In this document: in pieces, positions 24,597 through 31,247 of the stretch
Position numbering within the stretch: position 1 is the stretch's first letter
Layout: each line of letters starts with the position of its first letter
NCBI GenBank assembly: GCA_947585885.1
Contig: CANPXI010000001.1
Span: 1-34,265, forward strand
DNA from: an uncultured Bacilli bacterium
Lineage (GTDB): Bacteria; Bacillota_I; Bacilli_A; RF39; UBA660
DNA length: 34,265 nt
Direction of reading: 5' to 3'
The notes under the pieces: generated by a model
Database searches by the model: none
Told to the model about the DNA's origin: nothing
What the model saw: the letters and a program-made list of their open reading frames with translations, nothing else
Position numbers and translations under genes: made by a program

Positions 24597-25558
24597 TTAA
24601 AGAAAAAATAAGTATAATTGCGCAATGTTATAATGAAGAAGAAACAATAAAAATTTATTATGATGAAATGAAAAAAATAATGGAAAAAATGAATAATGTT
24701 GATTTTGAAATTATTTTTATAGATGATTGTAGCAAAGATAGAAGTTTAGAAATTATAAAAGAATTAGCAGAAAAAGATTCAAGAATTAAATGTTTATCGC
24801 TATCTAGAAATTTTGGCCGTGAAGCATCTTCTATGGCTGGATTTGAATATGCTACAGGAGACTATATAACAACAATGGATATAGATTTACAAGACCCACC
24901 TGAATTATTAATAGAAATGTATAATACATTAAAAACTAAAAAATTTGATATAGCTGCTGCAAAAGCAACAACAAGAAAAGGTTATGGTAAATTTCATAAA
25001 TTATGTATAAAAATATTCTATAAGATAATTAATAAAATATCTACTGTACAAATGATAGATGGTCAAAGAGAATATAGATTAATGACAAGACAAGTTGTTA
25101 ATGAACTAATAAGATATAAAGAAAAAAATTTATTTAATAAAGCATTACTTAACGATGTAGGTTTTAGAATAAAATGGATTGAATATGAGAATATTGAAAG
25201 AGTAGCTGGAAATACAAAATTTCCATATAAAAGAATGATAAAATATGCATTAACTGGTATAATAGCTTACTCTAGTTTCCCTTTAACATTTATAATTATT
25301 TTAGGAATAATATTATTAATAATATCAATTATTTTACTAATTTCTATGATTATATTATTATGTTTAAAAACTTTAACAAATTTTAGTACTTTATTTTTAA
25401 CAACAATGTTAACAACTTTTACATCAATAATATTAATATCTCTTGGAATAATGTCTCTTTATCTATACCAAATACATATAGAAGTAAAACAAAGACCTTT
25501 GTATATAATACGCGAAACAATTGATCATGAAAGGGAAAGTAAAAATGAAAGAAAATAA
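24593..25558 (+). CDS. gtrB: Polyprenyl-phosphate glycosyltransferase (GT2, GtrB/CsbB/ArnC/DPM1-like) with two C-terminal TMs
   Basis: YNEEETI, FIDDCSKD, SRNFGREASSMAGFEYATGDYITTMDIDLQDPPELL, and two C-terminal TM helices. ATGA overlap with gtrA and a GGAGG SD. Confidence 0.85.
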   Translation: MIKEKISIIAQCYNEEETIKIYYDEMKKIMEKMNNVDFEIIFIDDCSKDRSLEIIKELAEKDSRIKCLSLSRNFGREASSMAGFEYATGDYITTMDIDLQDPPELLIEMYNTLKTKKFDIAAAKATTRKGYGKFHKLCIKIFYKIINKISTVQMIDGQREYRLMTRQVVNELIRYKEKNLFNKALLNDVGFRIKWIEYENIERVAGNTKFPYKRMIKYALTGIIAYSSFPLTFIIILGIILLIISIILLISMIILLCLKTLTNFSTLFLTTMLTTFTSIILISLGIMSLYLYQIHIEVKQRPLYIIRETIDHERESKNERK

Positions 25559-28073
25559 ATTTGGGCTAATAGATATAGCAAAATTAATATTTAGTATTTT
25601 CATAATAGGAATTCATACTAGTGTATTAGGTAATACTACATTAGGTTTTTATATGCATGATTTTTTATTTCGTTTAGCTGTTCCATTTTTCTTTCTTGCA
25701 TCAGGTTATTTTTTAGCTAGGAATGCTTTAAAAGGAAATAGAAACGAAGAAATAAGAAAATATATAAAAAAAACATACAAAATATTTATTATATTAGGTT
25801 TTATATACCTCATAATAAGTTATATAAGATTTGATAATTTTAGTATGGATGCAATACTTCAAAGTTTTTGGAATCTATTAATTTTACAAAGCACATCTCC
25901 AATTTGGTTTGTAGGAACACTAGTTGCGAGTGCTATTATATTGTTACATTTAGACGATAACAAAAATTTAAAAAAAGCTTTACTAATAGCATTAGTTTTA
26001 TATATACTTGGATTTTCTTTTTCAACATATAAATATATAGCTTTAAAATTACATCTAACTTCAATCGTTAATTTTTTAAGTAATAAATTTATAACACAAC
26101 GTAATGTATTTTTTATAGGATTTTTATTTTTTGGTATAGGTTATTATATTGGAAAGAACGAAGAAAAATTTTTATCTATATCTAAAAAATGGTTAGCAGG
26201 ATTATTATTCGGGGGAGGTATATTATTACTAATTGAAAATATTTTTGTTCACAGAGTTTTAATATTTACACCACTTCATGAATATTATTTTTCACATTTA
26301 ATAGTAATTCCAGTTTTATTTTTAATATTATCAAATCCAAAACTTAATTCTAAAATTAAATTTAATACTACAAATTTAAGAAAACTTTCAACTTATATAT
26401 TTTACATTCATTTTTTAGTAATAATATTATTGACAAAAAGTAAATTTATGATTAACTCTACAATTACATCATTTATATTAACAACTTTAATAACAATAAT
26501 ATTATCATTGATACTATTATTAATAACAAAAAGAAAAGACAAAGAAATAGAAACAAAAAATATAATAAGTTTTATTTTATATAGTGCTTTTGTATTTATG
26601 GTAATTGTTACAATTACTAAATTATTTAATAAAACAGTTTGGGCTGATGAAGTATGTTCTTTATCTATGTTAAAACATTCATATTTAGATATTATAAAGT
26701 TACAAATAAATGATGTGCATCCTCCGTTATATTATTTAATGTTTAAAGCATTTTATGAAATAGTGACTATCTTTGTAAAAATAAATCCAATTATTTTAGG
26801 AAAAATATTCTCTATAATTCCTTTATTTATATTAACAATTTTTGCATTAACAAAAATAAGAAAAAATTTTGGAAATGTAACATGTTCGCTATTCTTACTA
26901 TTTATAATAGGAATGCCAAATATGATAAATTATTATCTAGAAATAAGAATGTATAGCTGGGCTATGTGTTTTGTAACTGTAGCATTTATATATTTATATG
27001 ATATATTAAAATTGAAAAATAATAAGTCATGGATACTGTTTGTAATTTTTTCAATATTAGCTGCCTACACACATCTATATGCATGTTTGGCAGTAGGATT
27101 AATGTATTTATTCTTATTTATTTACTTTATAATAAATAAAGATATGAAATCTTTAAAAAAGTGGTTTATATATGGAATTTTAACAATTATATTATATATC
27201 CCTTGGGCACTTCCTTTATTAAATCAAATAGGAATAGTAAAAGATGGTTTTTGGATTTCAGAAATAACTTTTAAAACATGTTTAGATTATATTAGATTTG
27301 TTTTCTTTACAGAATTAGGTGATAGATTTAGTAAAAACTTCTTTTCAATTTCATTAATAATTTTAGTATTATATTTATTAATAAAAAATATAAAAGAAAA
27401 AAATATTGATGAAAAAGTTTATTCATATATGGGAATAATGGTACTTACACTAACTGTTGGAATAGGTATAATAGTTTCAATAATAAAAGTCCCAGTATTT
27501 ATATCTAGATATATGTTTCCTGCATTAGGATGCTTTTGGTTAGTAGTATCAATTATGCTAGCTAAATATATAAAAGCTGATTGGAAAAAAGCGTTAATAT
27601 TATTTATTCCTTTACTAATAACAACAAATTATTTTAGAAATTTTGCTATGCATGAAGTACAATTAGAAACTGAATTAAATAAATTTAATGAATCAATAAA
27701 AATACTAAAAGAAGATAATATAATATTAACTAATTATAATCACATACAATTATTATTTGCTTATTTTGAACCAAATAAAACTTTCTACCTATATGGAGGA
27801 GATGATAATCAAATGATTCATGATCTCTTTGGAAATTTGAAAGGTAATATAAGTATAAATGATATAAAAAATTACTTAAGAAAAGGTAAAAAAGTATATT
27901 TTGCAGATAACAAATATAACACAACCAGATTCCAAAATGAAATTGTTAATAACAATTTAAATTATAATTTAGTTGATAATTTTAAAATGGATTATTATAA
28001 TATAGACTTATATGAAATTACTAGTGAGGAAAAAGAAAGTGAAGAAATTGAATACAATATTGAAATGGTTTAA
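25545..28073 (+). CDS. Fusion protein: N-terminal acyltransferase-3 (OatA/OafA-like O-acyltransferase) membrane domain plus C-terminal GT-C (PMT_2/ArnT-like) glycosyltransferase with an extracytoplasmic tail
   Basis: The first ~330 aa carry LIDIAKLIFSIFIIGIHT and RLAVPFFFLASGYF (acyltransferase_3 hallmarks) across about 10 TMs. From about aa 350, WADEVCSLSML...NDVHPPLYYLMF gives the GT-C first-loop acidic motif and HPPLYY, followed by many TMs and a ~130-aa soluble C-terminus. I prefer the ATG at 25545. Confidence 0.7.
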   Translation: MKENKFGLIDIAKLIFSIFIIGIHTSVLGNTTLGFYMHDFLFRLAVPFFFLASGYFLARNALKGNRNEEIRKYIKKTYKIFIILGFIYLIISYIRFDNFSMDAILQSFWNLLILQSTSPIWFVGTLVASAIILLHLDDNKNLKKALLIALVLYILGFSFSTYKYIALKLHLTSIVNFLSNKFITQRNVFFIGFLFFGIGYYIGKNEEKFLSISKKWLAGLLFGGGILLLIENIFVHRVLIFTPLHEYYFSHLIVIPVLFLILSNPKLNSKIKFNTTNLRKLSTYIFYIHFLVIILLTKSKFMINSTITSFILTTLITIILSLILLLITKRKDKEIETKNIISFILYSAFVFMVIVTITKLFNKTVWADEVCSLSMLKHSYLDIIKLQINDVHPPLYYLMFKAFYEIVTIFVKINPIILGKIFSIIPLFILTIFALTKIRKNFGNVTCSLFLLFIIGMPNMINYYLEIRMYSWAMCFVTVAFIYLYDILKLKNNKSWILFVIFSILAAYTHLYACLAVGLMYLFLFIYFIINKDMKSLKKWFIYGILTIILYIPWALPLLNQIGIVKDGFWISEITFKTCLDYIRFVFFTELGDRFSKNFFSISLIILVLYLLIKNIKEKNIDEKVYSYMGIMVLTLTVGIGIIVSIIKVPVFISRYMFPALGCFWLVVSIMLAKYIKADWKKALILFIPLLITTNYFRNFAMHEVQLETELNKFNESIKILKEDNIILTNYNHIQLLFAYFEPNKTFYLYGGDDNQMIHDLFGNLKGNISINDIKNYLRKGKKVYFADNKYNTTRFQNEIVNNNLNYNLVDNFKMDYYNIDLYEITSEEKESEEIEYNIEMV

Positions 28074-29604
28074 TAAAGAAAAAAGAAGGATATTTTTGAT
28101 AACACTATTTATAGGGTTTATGGCTAATATACTAGTCATAACAAACGATATATTAGGAATAGATGCAATAGCTTTTTCTGACATATATATTGCAAATAAC
28201 TGGGATTTATCATTAGGTAGATGGCTATTAAAATATATTGATTATACTAGATTTGGATTATCTAGTTCAGTAGTTAGTGGAATATTTGCTATTTCAATTT
28301 TAAGTATATCTAGCTTATTACTTATCGATTTATTTGAAATTAAAAATAAATTTTTTAAGTATTTAATATCAATATTACTAGTAGTTTCGCCATTTTTTAC
28401 AGAAACTTTATATTCGTTTTTTTGCTCTTTTGAATTTACACTTTCTTTTATGTTGGCAATCTTAAGTGTATTTTTAATATATAAATTGAAAAATAAAAAT
28501 ATTAGAATAATAATATCAAGTTTATGTATTGCTTGCTCGTTAGGTCTTTATCAATCATTTATAGGAGTTACTTGTGGGCTATGCATTTTAGTTCCACTAA
28601 TTCGTTTATTAAAAAACGAAATGACACCAAAGAAATTTTTACAAAAATTTGTGGAAAGTTTAATTATTGGGATATTAGCTATTATTGTATATGAAATAAT
28701 ATTAAATTTACTACTAATGTTTGCTGGGATAAGTTTGTCAGATTACTCTGGAGCTAATAGCATAGGACTTAATAATTTTAAGAATATAGTATTTTTAATA
28801 AAAGATAGTTTAAAAAGTTTTTATTCATATTTTTTAACAAATAAAATAATAAATAATTTAATATATAAAAGAAATATAGTAAATATCATAATAACTTTTT
28901 TAACTTTAATAATTATAATTAAAAAAATATTAGAAAATAAAAACAAAACAAATATATTATTTATTTTAGAAATAATATTATGCTTAATATTAACTCCAGT
29001 AGCACTTGGAATTATAGAAATAATTGCCCCGGCAAGAGACATAAATCAACTAATGAGTGCACCATACATATTAATTTATATATTTGTTGTTGCATTATTA
29101 GATAATGAAAAATTTAAAGGGATTTATAAATTTTCGGGGGGGGTACTGGTATTATTAACAATATTTATAATAGATTCATACTTTGTAATGGCTAATGCAT
29201 CAAGTATGGCTGTAAGAATAACAAAAGAAAGAACTTTATTTGCTACTAAGAGAATTATTAATAAAATATATGAAACAGAAGGATATAATGATAATATGAA
29301 AGTACTTTTTATAGGAAATAGTTCTGGAAAATACTTTAAAAGTAGTAATGAAGTATATAAATTATCAAGTGGTCCAGCAACAACAATGCCTTTAACATAT
29401 GAGAAGCCTGATTTATGTAATAGGGATTATCATAATTTGATTAAATATTATTTAGGAATAGAATTTGTAAGAGCTGATATAAATGATTACAGTAAGGTAA
29501 TAAAAACAGAAGAATTTAAAAATATGAATACATATCCATATAATAATTTTACAAAAGTAATAGGAGATATTTTGGTTGTTAAAATAAAAGAAATAGAAAA
29601 TTAA
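28039..29604 (+). CDS. Polytopic membrane protein with a C-terminal extracytoplasmic domain; candidate GtrII-like (Glucos_trans_II-type) serotype-specific glycosyltransferase, paralog 1
   Basis: About 10 TMs, conserved block VVSPFFTETLYSFFCSFEFT, and a ~130-aa soluble C-terminus. It follows gtrA/gtrB. The family call is from memory only. I prefer GTG 28039 (GAGGA 8 nt upstream) to the track ATG at 28012, which has no SD. Confidence 0.55.
   Translation: MKKLNTILKWFNKEKRRIFLITLFIGFMANILVITNDILGIDAIAFSDIYIANNWDLSLGRWLLKYIDYTRFGLSSSVVSGIFAISILSISSLLLIDLFEIKNKFFKYLISILLVVSPFFTETLYSFFCSFEFTLSFMLAILSVFLIYKLKNKNIRIIISSLCIACSLGLYQSFIGVTCGLCILVPLIRLLKNEMTPKKFLQKFVESLIIGILAIIVYEIILNLLLMFAGISLSDYSGANSIGLNNFKNIVFLIKDSLKSFYSYFLTNKIINNLIYKRNIVNIIITFLTLIIIIKKILENKNKTNILFILEIILCLILTPVALGIIEIIAPARDINQLMSAPYILIYIFVVALLDNEKFKGIYKFSGGVLVLLTIFIIDSYFVMANASSMAVRITKERTLFATKRIINKIYETEGYNDNMKVLFIGNSSGKYFKSSNEVYKLSSGPATTMPLTYEKPDLCNRDYHNLIKYYLGIEFVRADINDYSKVIKTEEFKNMNTYPYNNFTKVIGDILVVKIKEIEN
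29136..29143 (+). repeat. Poly-G homopolymer (G8), in frame inside paralog 1
   Basis: ttt tcG GGG GGG Gta encodes F-S-G-G-V at about residue 375 of 530. G7 would give a stop 5 codons later (tac tgg tat tat taa), and G9 a stop about 17 codons later. Confidence 0.95.
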
Positions 29605-29689
29605 AGAGAAGTAGGCGATTTTTATAAATATACATAGTAAATTTAAAAATTTAGTAAAGTGGTTTGATAAAGAAAAATTACATCTATTT

Positions 29690-31192
29690 ATGTTCACATT
29701 TATTATAGGATTTATAGCTAATATATTAGTTATAACTGGAGACATATTATTCCCAGATTCTTATTTATTAACTGAATTTTACATATCTAACATATGGGAT
29801 TTATCTTTAGGTAGATGGTTTTTAAGATTTATAGATTATACTAGATTTGGATTATCTAGCCCACTTGTAAGCACAACATTTGCATTACTTGCACTATCAT
29901 TTTCATCAATTTTGATAAGTGATTTATTCAAAATAAAAAACAAAGTAAATAAATATATAATCTCACTCTTATTAGTGGTTTCTCCATTTTTTACAGAAAC
30001 ACTATTTTCAGTATTTTGTTCATTTGAATTTACTGTATCATTTTTACTATCAATTTTATCTGTATACTTTTTATATAAAATAGATAACAAAGTATTTAGA
30101 ATTATATTATCTGCAATATGCTTAACTTTATCGCTTGGTTTATATCAAGCTTATTTAGGTGTTACATGTGGATTATGTTTATTAGTGCCAATTGTATTAC
30201 TTTTAAAAAAAGAAATAAATACGAAAGAATTAATTCAAAAAATTATTGAAAGTTTAATAATGGGAATCATAAGCATATTACTTTATGAAGGGATACTACA
30301 TATATTACTTGCATTAAGTCATGTTTCAATGGCCGATTATTCAGGTGCAAATGAAATAGGTTTAAAAACAATACTTAATATTCCTACCTTATTAAAAGAT
30401 GCTTATACAAGTTTTGCAAATTATTATCTAAATAATGAAATTATAAACAATTTAATATATAGAAGAAATTATTTAAATATAATTATTTTAGTTATAAGCA
30501 TATTATTAATAATTAAGTTAGTAAAAAATAATTTTAGAAAAAATAAATCATTAGTAATTTTTGAAATAATAATTATGTTTCTTTTATTACCACTTGCTTT
30601 AGGTATAATTGAATTAATAGCTAGTGAAAGAGATATAAATCAACTTATGGCAGCACCTTATGTTTTAATATATATATTTATTATAAGTTTATTTGATAAC
30701 TTAAATTTAAAACTAAATATAGACAAAATTTTATATGGAGTATCTACATTATTAGTGCTTGTAATAATAGATTCATATTTTGTTATGTCAGCTGCATCTA
30801 GCATGGCTGCTAAAATAACAAAAGAAAATACTTTATTTGCGGCAAGAAATATGATAAATGAAATATACCAAACTGATGGCTACAATCCAAATACAAAAGT
30901 ATTATTTGTAGGTTCTTCTAAAGGAGATTATTTTAAAAGAAGTAACCCAGTGTACAGACTCTCTAGTGGATTAACTCCTAATATATCACTAATGTGGGAT
31001 GAACCAAATCTTACAAATCGAGGATGGAATTATATAATTGAACACAATCTTGGAATTAAATTAACTGAATCAACTATGGAAGATTATAATAAAATTATTA
31101 ATACATTTGAATTTAAAGAAATGAATACTTATCCAAAAAAAGAATATACAAAAATAATAGATGATGTTTTAGTTGTTAAAGTCTCTGAATAA
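29690..31192 (+). CDS. Polytopic membrane protein, tandem paralog 2 of 28039..29604
   Basis: Collinear with paralog 1 over its whole length, with more than half the residues identical by eye (e.g. VVSPFFTETLFSVFCSFEFT, RDINQLMAAPYVLIYIF, IIDSYFVMSAASSMA). The true start may lie upstream of the first ATG (see findings). Confidence 0.55.
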   Translation: MFTFIIGFIANILVITGDILFPDSYLLTEFYISNIWDLSLGRWFLRFIDYTRFGLSSPLVSTTFALLALSFSSILISDLFKIKNKVNKYIISLLLVVSPFFTETLFSVFCSFEFTVSFLLSILSVYFLYKIDNKVFRIILSAICLTLSLGLYQAYLGVTCGLCLLVPIVLLLKKEINTKELIQKIIESLIMGIISILLYEGILHILLALSHVSMADYSGANEIGLKTILNIPTLLKDAYTSFANYYLNNEIINNLIYRRNYLNIIILVISILLIIKLVKNNFRKNKSLVIFEIIIMFLLLPLALGIIELIASERDINQLMAAPYVLIYIFIISLFDNLNLKLNIDKILYGVSTLLVLVIIDSYFVMSAASSMAAKITKENTLFAARNMINEIYQTDGYNPNTKVLFVGSSKGDYFKRSNPVYRLSSGLTPNISLMWDEPNLTNRGWNYIIEHNLGIKLTESTMEDYNKIINTFEFKEMNTYPKKEYTKIIDDVLVVKVSE

Positions 31193-31198
31193 TAATTT

Positions 31199-31227
31199 TT
31201 GAAAATGTATTCATACTATGATAAAAT
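31199..31227 (+). promoter_or_regulatory. Sigma-A-type promoter of the GT2/TagF-like gene
   Basis: TTGAAA (31199-31204), 17-nt spacer ending in TGa, TAAAAT (31222-31227). GGAGG lies 7 nt before the ATG at 31248. Confidence 0.6.
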
Positions 31228-31247
31228 TATATATGACGGAGGTTACT

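Noticed and set aside
23301-26215. Two G5/C5 runs (23303-23307 in the GT8::GT2 gene; 26211-26215 in the acyltransferase::GT-C fusion), considered as further phase-variable tracts.
   Set aside because: Five residues is below the length at which slipped-strand variation is usually appreciable. Both are in frame. I mention them only as context for the G7 and G8 tracts.
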